Below, in pieces: positions 51,347 through 64,000 of a stretch of 64,000 nucleotides of DNA (positions are counted from its first letter, which is position 1; each line of letters opens with the position of its first letter). The position numbers were made by a program, and so were the translations under genes. A model generated the notes under the pieces. It was not told the DNA's origin. It did no database searches and worked only from the letters and a program-made list of their open reading frames with translations. The stretch is from contig OZ316898.1 in the NCBI GenBank assembly GCA_973895155.1, forward strand, positions 18,032,752 through 18,096,751. Direction: 5' to 3'. Origin of the DNA: Marsupella aquatica. Its lineage: Eukaryota > Plantae > Marchantiophyta.

Positions 51347-53365
51347 ACACCCATCTGCTTCTCGAACACTGTCTCGGTGTATGGCTACAGTGGTCTGTTG
51401 GCTGTAAGCTCCGTCAAGTCAAGTTGGTGCTCCCTGGGCTTACCTTGATTATAATTTCCTACGAGGGCTGGTCGAGGTTCCATTGGATGCCAAGGTTAAA
51501 AGGAACATCCTCTTCTCAAGCAACTTATTAGACTTCGCATCCTGAACTTTCAAAATTGATTGCCAACTTTTGTACCAGGTAAAGTACTCGGCAAGAAACT
51601 CTATGCTTAGATGAGAAGACTTTGTCGACTTCGAAAGCAGAATGTGCCCATAACGTCTCTGATTAAAATTTTATTTGCGGGCCTCTGAGAAACAGTTGCC
51701 AGGATCCATGAAATTCTGTTCAGGGAAATATTCCCATAGAGTTGAAAAGGAAATTTGGCCGTTCACCGACCTGCTGTAGCCAATCGGGAGAGAATCTCTT
51801 ACCATTGCCCAAGTGGCCAAACGAGAAGAATAACATCTTCAATTACATATTTTTCCCAAACCGTTGGAGAAACAAATGCTGGGGGGTCCACGAATTCTGT
51901 ACAGGAAGGAAACTTCCTAGTGTGAAACTCCACGTTGAGCAGCAAAAGAGGAAATCTATTGTAATACTCTATTGCACTGGTCTCTTCTCCATCTCCCTCC
52001 TCATCCGGAGCGTTTTAGACTTCAAGATGTATTTTCAGAAATCCAAAGAAAGAACTATCCATTCACTTCATACTGTTTCGTTCATTCAGTTGTAATCCAA
52101 AACAAATTCGTCCATTGATTCTCACAAACCCAAAATACAAAGAAAAATCCATCGACTCTGAAGAATTCAACGGAATTTGCCCATCGTAAGAATTGCTCCC
52201 GCAATGGGAGAGACCGAGGCAGTCAAAAGACAATGGAGAGTGGAAACTCGAGCATCATTGTATCTCCGAACCCATTATGCGAATACAGAGCAGCAATCCC
52301 GGTTGCGGATACCAACAATCGGCATTGAAGAGGCAAACACTTTATTAATGAACAATAATCTTTTCTTCGAGCAAACGGTCGTTTGCATGTACTGCATGAT
52401 ATCTATCAGTATCACAAGCATAGTTACACAGGAGAAGTGAAACACCAGCTCATTACACGAGAGGACGGGAAATTAGGATCACTTGCTGGAGGCGGTTGCA
52501 CACACCCCAGCAAAGCTTCAAATGTACGAATCAGATGGAGGTTGTGTGTAGTAGTTGTAATCGAGGAAGGATGAGCGCTCCTTGAAGAACGAAAAAGCTC
52601 TATCCATCTGCTGAAAAGCTCCCTACTTTCTCACGAAACATATACTAGCCGCATGCCACACGAAAGGGCTAGCTAGCCACCACACCACTAAAGTTCATTT
52701 AGCTATCTACGAGTATGTCCAACAGCTATGGAGTATTTCTTGGACCAACTTGTGGTGAGCCCCTATTCAAATCTGGCTCACCAATACTTTCCCCTAATTG
52801 TACTACTGCTGTAGAGAAGAGGCAAATTCTGTGCTTGAGAAGAATGACGTAGATCGGTGAATGGCCTCAAAGCAAAGTGGTAATATTTGTTAAATTTACG
52901 CTTCCTCAGGGGTTGAAGCGACCGGTACCGTCTTGGGGCCCCCTGGATGAATTCCTGTAACCCAAAGTGCAACAGCTGGGTAAATCACCATATCTCTACA
53001 AAAACCCTACATATTGACCAAAGAAATTGGAAGATGTTGCTGGGTTGGGAAATAAACAGCGACCCATGTTTGCCAGAGGACATGAGAGCACATTCCGCTT
53101 CATACTACAGAAATTTACTCGCGTGCGCGGCAAACGCTTCTCGACTATGTTATATCAATTATCAAATCGGCACTTGAGGATAATGGCATTGATCAATAAG
53201 AGCGCGATATTACACCCTACATTTAAGTGGACCTCTTGAACTGGTGATGAGCGGCCCAGCAGATGAGCGGCCCAGCAGTCTATTTCGAATGGAAAAACCT
53301 CTAAAAGTTCAAATCTAGAAAATATCTGTGCCAGGTCTACTTCAAATAACGAGAAGCCAAAAGAA

Positions 53366-56067
53366 TCAAAGTCGGACTGGAAGCGAAGTCTTGGTACCTG
53401 CTCCGACGTTCTGAAGCTGTGTGCCTCGGTTGGTATCATCCGACCAGCCGCCACCACCATGCTTGGACACATCAAACCGCTCACCATCACCCCACAACGC
53501 GTAGGCCTCCTCTCCATGCGCGGCATCATCTCCAATCAACAGGTGCTCTTCTGACATTCGCAGCGGCACAAAGATCTTGATAACTAAGCAGACGATCGAT
53601 GTCGCTACAATGTTCCACCCGATGATGAACAATGCACCACAAAGCTGCTTTGCAATCTGCAATCCTCCTCTTCGATGTCCGTAAATTGCCCCGCGCTCGT
53701 TGACGATCGACAGAAACAAATTAGACACGGTTGGTTGTGCAAAAAAACCAGCACACATTCCGCCCAGGGTCCCAGCCACTGCGTGAGTGTGGAAGACGCC
53801 CAATGTGTCATCGACGCTTTGAAGAATCTTCGATCTCCTGTGAAGGATCATCATCGTGAACCACGGGATACTTCCAGAGAGGATTCCCTCAACAATTGCT
53901 GCCCATCCCTGGATGACACCTGCGAATCGATCGGTACCAAACGTCCTGTTATGTCAGATTTTGACCAACCGGATCTGTTGGCAAACCCACCCGGAAGAGA
54001 AATTGAAATTCCTAGAACTATGACCCGGTGATAGCTCGTCAGGTCCTTCCTCCTCGTTGCAGGTGGCGTTGTGACCTGACAAAAGTAATCGGCATTTCTA
54101 GACTTACAAACTGCAACTGTTTCACAAGGAGTAGCGGGACGCATAGAAATCAAGTGAGGGTGGACGAAACAGAATTACCCGGTCAAAACGATTGACCAAG
54201 GCACAGTGCTATGTGCGACAAGTAGAGACAGAACAAATGAACAGTAGTAGGAGAATGTCTTTCGGGCGCACTTTACGCAGTAGAAAGCAGAGGAAAGCGC
54301 GAAAACGTAGTAATTCTCTTACCAAAGGAGCATAGTCCTGAGTAAACTCCCGAAAATTCACACAGATGGGAATGACGCGTATCTCTAGAAGGAGAACACG
54401 CAAGAGTTGGAATGCACAAAGAAACCAAAAATGGAAGGTTTTGATGGATCTATACTACACTGTCAAAGAACAAAAAGCAGAACAAAAAGCTCCAAAGAGT
54501 TAGGGAGACGCGATCCCAAACCCGGCAAACGGGTAAGGCAACAAAAATACCCCATGGGGGCGAACCAAATAAGCCCCGAGTCCCCAGCAACACGAAAGAA
54601 CTAAAACAGTACTGAGAAGCAAACTGACAAGATTTCTTGGCTCTAGTAGCAAGGAACCCGACTCATATCCTCATAAAAACTGTTCTTTAGCCAGAATCCA
54701 TTCTGTATAGACGCTACAAGCAAGCAGAAGACCAGCAGGAACACTTCCAGGCCACTCAAATATGGAAAACATAGCTCGACTTCGGTGAGATTCGAGTACC
54801 TGCGCCGGGAGTGATAACCACCAAACCCGTGATCATACCCTGGACGGCTCCAATCACGGAGGGCTTTCCGAAGAATATGACATCGAGACTAGTCCAGACG
54901 AGCATACTGGTAGCTGCGGCGATGTTCGTATTGAGAACGGCCAAGGATGCGTCAATGTTGGCAGAGTAAGGATCTCCTCCATTGAATCCAGCCCAACCCA
55001 ACCAAAGAAGCCCTGCCCCAGCGAGAACAAGGATGACATTGTTGGGAGCGAACGACTCTCGATCACGTGGCACTCGAGGACCCACCTGCATTAAGCATCC
55101 ATCAAACCAAGGCCGCCACTGAAATCAGTCCTTCTGAAGTGACAAAGTATTCAGATATTCCCTCGGCCACCCCTTGTATGCTTTTTACTTCCAGGTCCAA
55201 TTGACAGAACTGCTATCCGAAAACCAATTGACAGCGGTCGGAAAGGTGATTGATTCACCAGCGGAAGACATGAGATTGAACCATTCAGGCAGGGCACTTC
55301 AACTCTTCAGCTCAACATGTTTGAATATCTATAGATGTGCGAGCACTGGACAGAAGTGAATAAATGATAAAATTCATTTGTAAAAGAACGAGGTACAATA
55401 AGTGATTATGTCTTACCCAGAAAGCAGCAACAAAGCTAGCTATGCCCGCGGATAAATGAATGACATAACCTCCAGAGTAATCGATCACTCCCCATTGAAA
55501 GAGGAAACCTCCACCCCAGATACTAAAAGCACCAACGGTGTAGGAGAAAGTGAGCCAGAGAGGGACGAACAGCATCCAGGCGACGAAATTCATCCTGCCC
55601 AAAAGGGCGCCTGCAATGAGAACGAGAGTAATCGCTGCAAACACGAACTGAAAGTACACCATGGTTGCCTGTGGATATGCCAACGCCAGCCTTTGGTAAT
55701 CTTTCGTCCCTGAGGAGTACAGAATGGCTTGATGCAGTAAATCCTGTTGGTCGAGGGACGGTCCAGCTTTGCCCCAGAGAGCAAATAGCTTATGGCCAAA
55801 AGACATCTTGTAAGCCCACGACACCCAACAAAGGAGCACGGCTGCGAAGGCGTAGAATGCCATGAAAGCCGAATTGACGGCCCACTTCTTCTTCACAATA
55901 CTGCCGTATAAGATCACCAGCCCGGGCACACTCTGGAGTCCGACGAGAGTGGCCGATACCATCTGCCATGCGTTGTCACCTTTATTGAGCCAGTCCGGTG
56001 TAGAGGATCCCTCACCCCCACTTTGGTATCCAGTGGGTACAGTAACAACAGGTGCTGCGGCGGCCAT
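53366..56067 (-). CDS. AMT2: AMT2/AMT3 (MEP-type) ammonium transporter, 496 aa
   Basis: Exons 56067-55417, 55085-54800, 53919-53366 (1491 nt, GT-AG). Motifs [67 protein letters not shown]; Phe gate and twin His intact. Confidence 0.97.
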
Positions 56068-57102
56068 AACTCACTACTGTGTGTGAACGATACAGCAGCG
56101 GGCGCAAACTTGATCAGCCCAGAATTTTCTTCAAGTTAATTAGCTAGTGAAAGATCAGCAGCGAGACCCAGCAGAATTGACCTGCATCAGGTTTCTTTTC
56201 ATGTCAGCGGCTGGTTCTCCCCAACCTGCATTTGCACAAGCGATCCACCGGGGCACCTGTCAGGAGGGAATTTTCATAGACCTTCCCGAACACACATGCC
56301 TCCTACAAACCACGCATTCGTGAGCACAGTAGCCCTTCATTCTACTCCACATTCACCGACTTAAGATAAATTAGATTGTCAAATTGTCGAAGCCTGACAA
56401 CGAAGCTGGATGCGCAGCAGAAATCAACCACAATGCAAACGTGAAAGCGAGAGGAACCCACAAAGTGCGAATAAAGAGTAAAAGAAAACAGGGAGGTCAA
56501 CGTTCAACGCGAGTCGTTGAGTTGCGTCGTCTCCTCAGCCTGCCGGTAATCCACAGAAGAGCTTTCTTTGGGCGCGGACATATTTCAGTCTCACGTACTC
56601 AACTCCCGACTCAACTCGAAGCCCTCACGAGCTCGTCGACGGAGCGAGTATGTGCGTGTGTGTGACGGTTTAAGTGATTGTGAGATACAACGTAAGGCAG
56701 GCTCACCAGAACGTATCCTGACGACGCCGACGAATGCGAGAGGCATTCAGGGTGAGCGCAGGGACTCCTCTCTCTCTCTCTCTCCACCAGCGCAATCAGT
56801 CATAGCCCCTCACCGCACTCCGATGTATAGGGAGATAGAGAGGCTGGCGGTGCAGATTTTGCATGAGAATGAGCGAATGAATTCGAAAGGGTCCAAGATT
56901 GAGCTCTAGTAAACCAAAAGTAAAGAGGTTGGAGGCTGGAGAGGAGCACCACCGAACCAGGCAAGCAAGATTCACACATTGACACGGCAACGCAGCTGAG
57001 CCGAGCCCGAGAAAGCGGAGGGAAGGAATCTAAGCCCGGCCGCACGCTCCGGAACAAGCTTTACTATGAGCTCCCAGAATCATTCCAGCTAAGCCAAAGA
57101 AT

Positions 57103-57143
57103 CAGCCCAGCCCAGCCCAGCCCAGCCCAGCCCCGCCCAGCCC
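57103..57143. repeat. (CAGCC)n microsatellite upstream of AMT2
   Basis: Direct reading. Confidence 0.9.
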
Positions 57144-58074
57144 ACTCTTGGAATTCATCAGTCAGTCACAGCCAGCAATCCGCATCATCATACCACTGAG
57201 ATCCGCTGCTCCCTTTTGCTCGGGATTGTGGTCGACATTGCGCCGAGAATCATTTGTACAAGAGACAGAATCCTCCTCGCAATTTTCCAGAGAATGACCG
57301 AACGGGGGACAGACGACGAGCTGCGCTTTGGACTACTTCGATTCTGTTCCATCGAGCAACGGACTAGCCACACTCGATGCGGGGGAACGAGTCGCGCAAT
57401 CGTCGGGCGGGTAGGGCCGGGCGTGGCGGGCACGCCGGGCAGAGAGGCGGGCAGGACGGGTGAAAAACCGGGTGAACTAAGGGCGGGCAACAGTAATAAA
57501 TTCAACGGTCAGCCCGCCGGGGAAGGGCTCTGGATCACCGTAATCGTTAATTAAGATTTCCACTTTTTGCCAAGAGGGATTTGCTTCATTGATCACTAAA
57601 ATGAAACTTGTTAAGTCTTTTCCAAAAATTTTGGTCACGTCAATAATAACGACAATAAACAAGATTTGTTTATTTTGTGAATCAAATTTATAATTTTCAT
57701 TTATGTTTATATTAATTTGTATGTAAATTTTGGGATGTTATATCATAAAAATAAAAGTAAAAATATTGAAAATACAAAAAACAAGAGAATTAAAATTATC
57801 ACTATATAATCATTTTAATTATATTTCTAATTTTAAAATTTAAATTCAAAAATATTTTTTATATAATAAATAATGATTAATAATTAACTTGATAATTTCC
57901 TTGTTAAACCACAATTCCCAATATGTAAAGATATTTCATATTGTACGGCCATTAATGTTGAAAACAGCACATAAAAACCCAGGATCTAGGAGAAGGAATG
58001 GCTGGAATCTTGAAAGTTCATCGAATTTTATACTCAAAACTATTTACTCATTCTCAAAACAAAAAATACCCAAT

Positions 58075-58530
58075 CGTAGATCTCATTGAGATCTTTCTTT
58101 TGCACCCTAGATCGCCTTCTAACATGGATGAATAAGATTTTTAGAGGCATTACAAAATAGATGACAAAGATCGTAAAATCAACAAAATCGATGGCTAGGA
58201 AGGCTTGGATTTGTTTAATTTTTCATTTGAAAAATATTAACCCATTTGCAAAATGGACAGAACCCATCCATAGATCTATTTGAGATTTTTCTTTTGAGCC
58301 ATAGATTGGCCATTATAATGGACGGACGAGATTTTTGGAGATAAGAAATGGAGACAGCTCAGATCGACTCTTCCCCCTGATTTTATTAGCCAAGGGATCC
58401 ACGAACTAATTACTTGAAAGGTCCAGATTTGAGACTAAAAGGTCCATCAATTGTCCAGATTGGGAAAAAATATTCAGAGAGTTAATTAAGCAAACTTTTT
58501 GTAGAAGAGGGTCTATTAAACATATCTCTC
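58075..58530 (-). mobile_element. Orphan MULE end related to the 40453-41939 TIR
   Basis: Reverse complement of 58505-58530 (gagagatatgtttaatagaccctct) resembles gaggtatatgcttaatagaccccct; degenerate internal duplication 58078/58272; partner TIR not found. Confidence 0.45.
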
Positions 58531-58637
58531 CCTTTTGCCATAATGGTTAGTGTTTGCTCTTCTAAAGAGAAGAGGCTCAAAAGATTTTTTATCATCTTTC
58601 TATCTCTAATTCACTGCAGGTAATCACACATCAATAG

Positions 58638-58786
58638 ACATCAAAATGTGGTAATAGACTAGGTGCCCTTATTGATTTTTAAAAAATAATGGAGTTTATC
58701 CACATCAAAATGTGCTGGTAGACTAGGTGCATTTCATGATTCGAAGAAAATAATAAAATTTATCCACACCAAAATGTGATAATAGA
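58638..58786. repeat. ~64-bp tandem repeat (about 2.3 units)
   Basis: aca(t/c)caaaatgtg...tagactaggtgc...tttatcc repeated. Confidence 0.8.
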
Positions 58787-60096
58787 TTTATCATAGTATA
58801 CCACACATAAAAATATTTTAATATATTATGTGTATTTATTTATATATTTTAAAATTAATGAAGTTTATCATGCTATGGAATAATCTCATAATTTTTTATG
58901 TCATATTTTGATGGACAATTATGGGGACACATAAAAATTAGCTAATTTTGGCCAAAAGTGATAAAAAGCTTTTCGGAAGGTGTAATCTGGACAATTTTCG
59001 TCATAAAAAAAGCTGCTCTGGATCTCACCTCCCAACATCTGGGGAGAGTCGGGCAGCCGGGCAGGCAGGTACACAAGTACAGGTGACTGATCCGTACTTG
59101 TACTTGGTCAGAGATTTTCAACTGGAAAAAGCAGTTTTATTCTTTTCACTAGTGGTCATTTAAATTCTCATCAGTCAACAAGTTCTCTTAGAAGAGCTGA
59201 CACGTAAGCAAAACATGGCACTGTTTGCCAATTTCAACGCACTTTGCCTTACGTAAAGTGTTCCCTCCCCATTTCCCAAACTTGCCCCAAGTAGTCCAAC
59301 AACTTCGGAGAACGGGTGGTCGGGCAGGCAGGAACACTACTGTAGTCCCGGGAGCACAGTGATTACCATGTTACTAAAATGGTTTGCACAAATAATAAAA
59401 AACTGCCAAAATTCTACCTCTCAACAACAATGGGCTCGTTTAGTATATATCAAAGTGCCAAAAAATACAAACGAACCGGGAAAGAGGATCCCACAGATAA
59501 AGCAATCCAATAAAAGGAAAGAATCAGAAAAGCCAAGAGACCAAACAAAGCAAGAAGTCCCCTCTCACAACCAAAGATACACTACAAAAACCCAGAGCCC
59601 CCAATGGAGCAAGGAAGACACAAACACATGTTCTTCCCAGATATGCACAAAGGTCATAAGTTTTGAGTAGAATGTTGTAATCTGTAAAAGTTTTGATTGC
59701 ATTTTATCTTATGAATAAAAATAAAACTAAACTATAACCCCAAGAGCCACACCATGATGATGATGATGATGCACATGTATGATCATTTTTGTCATCATTT
59801 TTATTCATGTTAAAAAAATAGACATTCAAGCCCCATCTTATATATGAATGGCCAGGAAAGGGAGATATGAGTTCTAGATTTCTAGAGTGAAGTCTCTAGA
59901 CCATGATTATAGGATTCTACCATGTGGATAGAAAGTATTATCTTATGATATGTATGATTGTTAAAATGATGGGCTAGACATGGTTTTTATTTCATTGACC
60001 TTCAAATAATGAGAATAATAAATATATTTTGTTGACATTTATTGTCCTCTCCTAATTACTCTCTTGTATTCACTTTCAAATAGGGGGTAGTTGGGG

Positions 60097-60223
60097 CTAG
60101 TAAATATATAATCACAATCAAAAGTCACTCTTTTGTCTAGACTGAAGCTTGTAGTCTGGGCTGCCTAGTAAATATATAATCACAATCAAAAGTCACTCCT
60201 TTTGTCTAGATTGAAGCTTGTAG
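60097..60223. repeat. 68-bp-period tandem duplication
   Basis: ctagtaaatatataatcacaatcaaaagtcactc...tgaagcttgtag occurs twice. Confidence 0.9.
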
Positions 60224-60404
60224 ACTTTGCATCCAAGAACATAATTGACAATGCGAACAATGTTGAAAGTGAGAATTGTTGGGGATAATCCTTATCCCGA
60301 GACACCATGCACATGTAAACACCATACAAAATAGTTGACACAGTGAGTTCATGATTCACCTCACGACTGAGGCTACGTCCACGAGAAATCAAGAGACCTT
60401 TACC

Positions 60405-60655
60405 TTGGGGGCCTCACTATATGGGGACCTCTGAGCCATCACCTGTGACGTTTTTAGGCCTCGGACCCCCTCAAATATAAAACAAATTTAAAAATTTAAC
60501 CCCTATAGAGTTAGAACATGCTTGGAATATTCCAAAACGTAAATTAAAAAGACCCTAATGTTCTTACAAGTCTCAAAATTTAATGAAAAAGACCCTATTG
60601 TTCTTCTACAAAAAAAATTAAGTCTTCTCTTAGAACCAATAAAATGACCCTATCC
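60405..60655 (+). repeat. Family A dispersed repeat, diverged uninterrupted copy
   Basis: ggggcctca...gaatattcc...accctaatgttctta...accctattgttcttctacaaaaa...caataaaa..accctat. Confidence 0.65.
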
Positions 60656-61229
60656 TTCGTCGTCCGTGATATGTCATTTTTGTGGAAGTGAAACCCCCGA
60701 GACCTTTACTTCTCTCTTGCTCCACTCCAACAATGAACTGAAGATCCACCAGGGGCTGGCATCAACCATGGTTATATACAACATGCATCACTGCTAACCT
60801 AAGCTAAGTCCTAACCTGAGTTAGCCTAATTGCAATTAGTACTAGAGTCACAAGACTAAGAGCAATACTCAACCAGAATACAAACAAAGAAACATGGATT
60901 GGGGTGGACTATAAATCGCAATGCATAACTAAAAAAGAAAGGGGAGATGGGCAAGATAATGGCAAATAGTAATTAAAAGCAATTGCAACGTTCGTTGTTT
61001 TTGGCCACCTCCGCTATTTAGGTTCAAAGAATGGGTAATGGGACTACGGTAGTCTGTAAAAGTCTAGAAACAAATAAAATAAACTCCTGGCCCTATAACG
61101 AACCAAGTCACCAACCAGGTAGTTGATAGCGAGGCAGTTGGATTAGAAAAATAGGGGTCATGCAAGAATTTCTTTTTGCTCGTGCTAGGAAAAATTTTGT
61201 TGTTTGCTCGCACGTTACATTTGTAACCC

Positions 61230-62269
61230 ATAACTTATGTACTAAGTATTTAGCCCTTCTCACTCCTATATTCATTTGTTTCGTGTTTTGAAATACTTCT
61301 GTAAGGGAAGTAATACTTAAGGTACTTAATATTTGCTCTCTTTAGTTATTTTCTTTCAATTTTTTTGAATTACTCATACCTAAAAGTATTTCTCCAGAGC
61401 ATAGTCTTACCTGAACTTCAGGAAGGTGAACCAATGGTTTTGCGTGCTATCCAAGTGCTATTTTTTCAAAGTTGTTGTTAGCAAATACATCATGTGGGAC
61501 TTAAACAATTCTTTGATAATGTTTTTCCAAAAACATTTTTGGAAATATTTATGCTAGACGTGAGCATTTACTTGGTGTCAGTTGTGTGATATGTTCTTTT
61601 AGATGTGAACACCTAGGTAGAGTATATCAGGCAATTGACACAATGCCACTTGAAGAACAATTTTTATTCTTTAGCTTAGTACACAAGGCGTTAATTGAAT
61701 TCACAAGGCATCAATTGAATTCATGAAAATGAGCATATAGGATGCACATAGTAACAAATGTTAAAGCAGTGATATGACCATATAATTTTGAGCTCAATGT
61801 TGGTGCAACAACCACAAAATTAGCTATCAAAATCATATCGCAATTCACGTTAAGTTTACTCAAAGTTCACTAAAAAAATTCACTTTGCATGTCACACCCT
61901 ATGATATATCATGGACAGCAGCCAACAACCCTTTCTGGCTGTCAGAAATGAAAGGAATGTTTTTTGATCCAATCCCATCTATAGTTTTTTCAAGTAAACA
62001 AAGAAACCATGTCCAATTATTAGTACTCTCAACAAGAGCCACTCTATATGCAAGAATAACAATCCTCTGGTCTCGGTCTTGCACTGTTGTGAGAGATAGC
62101 TGCACAGGAAATTTTCTTTTTCTTTTTTGTATGAAAAGCACCAAGGGAGACCAATGGTTGGTAGTATTGCAAGGCATTTCAAGTGGCAGAAGGACAAACA
62201 AAAGCTCGTGAGTACATGAAACAAATGAAGATGGGCACTGAAGGGCTAAATACTTAGTATATAAGTTAT
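61230..62269 (-). mobile_element. MULE transposase fragment between inverted repeats
   Basis: ORF 61899-62201 gives LAYRVALVESTNNWTWFL..L...FISDSQKGLLAAV (MULE transposase core); 30-bp inverted repeat 61230-61259 vs 62240-62269 with 1 mismatch, extending weakly inward. Confidence 0.8.
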
Positions 62270-63844
62270 ATGTTTATTTTCAAATAAGAGTACACTGAAT
62301 TGCTTCTAGACAGTACATCTATAGTGGTTACATAGTATGGTACAATTAAAAAATATATAAATAATAATATGACAGGTCATGAGAAAGGGACAAGGGCCCC
62401 TTTAAGTATATTTGAGAAGTTAAGGGCTAGTAAGGAATATCTTTAGGTAGAGGGCCCCATCAAGTATTTTGCTGCAGGGGCAGGGCTGTGAGCTGGTCAC
62501 TGGTGCTATCTCAAGCTCAAAGCCCAAAACATCGGCAAAAAGTATTTTGGCTTTATTGCTCAATAAAAACATTTTAGTAAATGGCTGACAAATCAGACTT
62601 TAGCACGAGAGGTTGTTTTATTTCCCCAAACCTTGTTTCGGGCTTGGTCAGAAATATCGGACAGGTACGAGTTAGGCAGAATAAATGCAGCCTTGACTAC
62701 CTTGAGTTCTATACTTCTATTGTTCTAACTTCTAAGCTTCGTTCCTGTTCAATAAAAACATTTTTTAAAGGGTGTGACGAATCAGAGTTCAATAAGTGAG
62801 GTTGTTTTGTTCTCTTCGATGTTACTATGATTTTGTGAATGATTTCTGGACAGTAGCAAGCTTGGACAGGTGAATGTGCATCCATTTCCCTGGTTGGAAA
62901 CATTTGAAGCCTCATTAGCATTTACATTCACAGGTTAAATCTGAACTTGAAGTCTAGAGACTTACCTAGGTACAAGCTACTGTAGATGGTTGTTCAGAAA
63001 TTTGGGAAACAAAAGTAACATCTAGACTGTTCACTGTATTTAGTCTTACCTTTGAATTAGAGTTTGTAGGTAACTAACCTATCCTAGCCCTAATTTGTGA
63101 GTCCCTCAGCAAAAAAACTAACATGCAGTGTAGGTGGGTTTCCTTACTAATGTTAATTTGTTGCAATTCCATGATGGAGAGTGATTCACGTTTGTCAAAT
63201 CCTATGACTGCTCCACCATAGCAATCTTTCATTTTCTATTTTGCTCAAGATCTTGCTCCGGACACAAATGCGCACAATGTGTCTTCCTTGATTAATTCAT
63301 TATGCTCTGTGGCCAAGTTATGCTCCAAACAATTATGTGCACAAACAAATTCAGTATTAGCCTAATCTTCTTAATGATTAGTGTTAATCCATGTTAGCAT
63401 TGGTAGCTTACATTGAAGAGTAACAGGGAAACAAATCTGGACACTGTTGGTCAAGATCAATTAGGTTGAAGCTCAGAAAACCGGAATCTCCAGGTGGCAC
63501 TTTCACCACCTCCCGCCCCACAGATATTTCTTACAATATCTTTAATCATGGGCTTGCTAGCCATACCCTTCCATATGACCATATTGGTGGACTGTTCCTG
63601 GAAGCTTCATTTATTACAAGTCTTTGGGTCCCACTTTTAGATGTTGGGGGCCCGCCCATTGCCTTAAAAGCCTGACCTCTAATTTTTTGAAGTGTGCAAA
63701 GGGCTTTGGTGAGCCCCACTTTGGGTTGGGAGTTTTGTTCAAAAGTTCGTTGACTTTTAAAGCTTGAATTCACCTCACTTACCACAATGAAGACTACTAC
63801 TGTTTGGCTAAGCTACAGTAGCTTGCTAGGAAGACTACTGTGTA

Positions 63845-63917
63845 ACCCTAATCCACACAAATTGAGAAAGTGGCACTTATGTGGATACACCCTAATCCAC
63901 ACAAATTGAGAAAGTGT
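63845..63917. repeat. 28-bp direct duplication
   Basis: accctaatccacacaaattgagaaagtg occurs twice. Confidence 0.9.
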
Positions 63918-64000
63918 TGCCATAGACTGCCCTGGTTCTCTATTTGGAAGAGTACTAACTATTAACAAGGCACAAACTGGACATGCCAATCCAAAATTGA

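Noticed and set aside
53155-56086. Antisense and alternate-frame ORFs over AMT2 exons
   Set aside because: Shadows of the real coding sequence.
57052-57058. CTTGTTC core of the mycorrhizal CTTC/MYCS element upstream of AMT2
   Set aside because: Only a 7-bp core, expected by chance.
63845-63900. Telomeric repeat (CCCTAA)
   Set aside because: Two isolated occurrences from one local duplication.

Overview
Eukaryotic nuclear DNA with GT-AG introns and many decayed transposons. Gene content and style suggest a land plant, most plausibly a bryophyte or liverwort (inference). Four host genes are supported: a 4-exon phosducin-like PhLP2/PDCL3 gene (+, 13286-15335); a ~2000-aa multi-exon kinesin (-, ~16.3-26.35 kb) with kinesin-3 hallmarks; an intronless LYK5/LYR-type triple-LysM ectodomain protein with no kinase (+, 37320-38159); and a 3-exon AMT2 ammonium transporter (-, 53366-56067). 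The rest is mostly TE debris: a chromodomain Ty3/gypsy remnant plus an inverted solo LTR, a Ty1/copia remnant, MULE and CACTA derivatives, MITE-like elements, dispersed repeats and tandem duplications. The most unusual object is the kinesin. It has a kinesin-3 motor, neck and FHA domain, a ~150-aa loop-8 insertion, and about 40 degenerate 14-aa repeats (D-x-G-[HNL]-Q-[TVI]...) resembling a multivalent LC8 (dynein light chain) binding array. Also notable are LTRs with apparent non-canonical AGT...ACT termini (5-bp TSD plus two empty-site copies) and the kinase-less LysM receptor with vestiges of a longer transmembrane helix. Exon models were read by eye, and no database searches were run.
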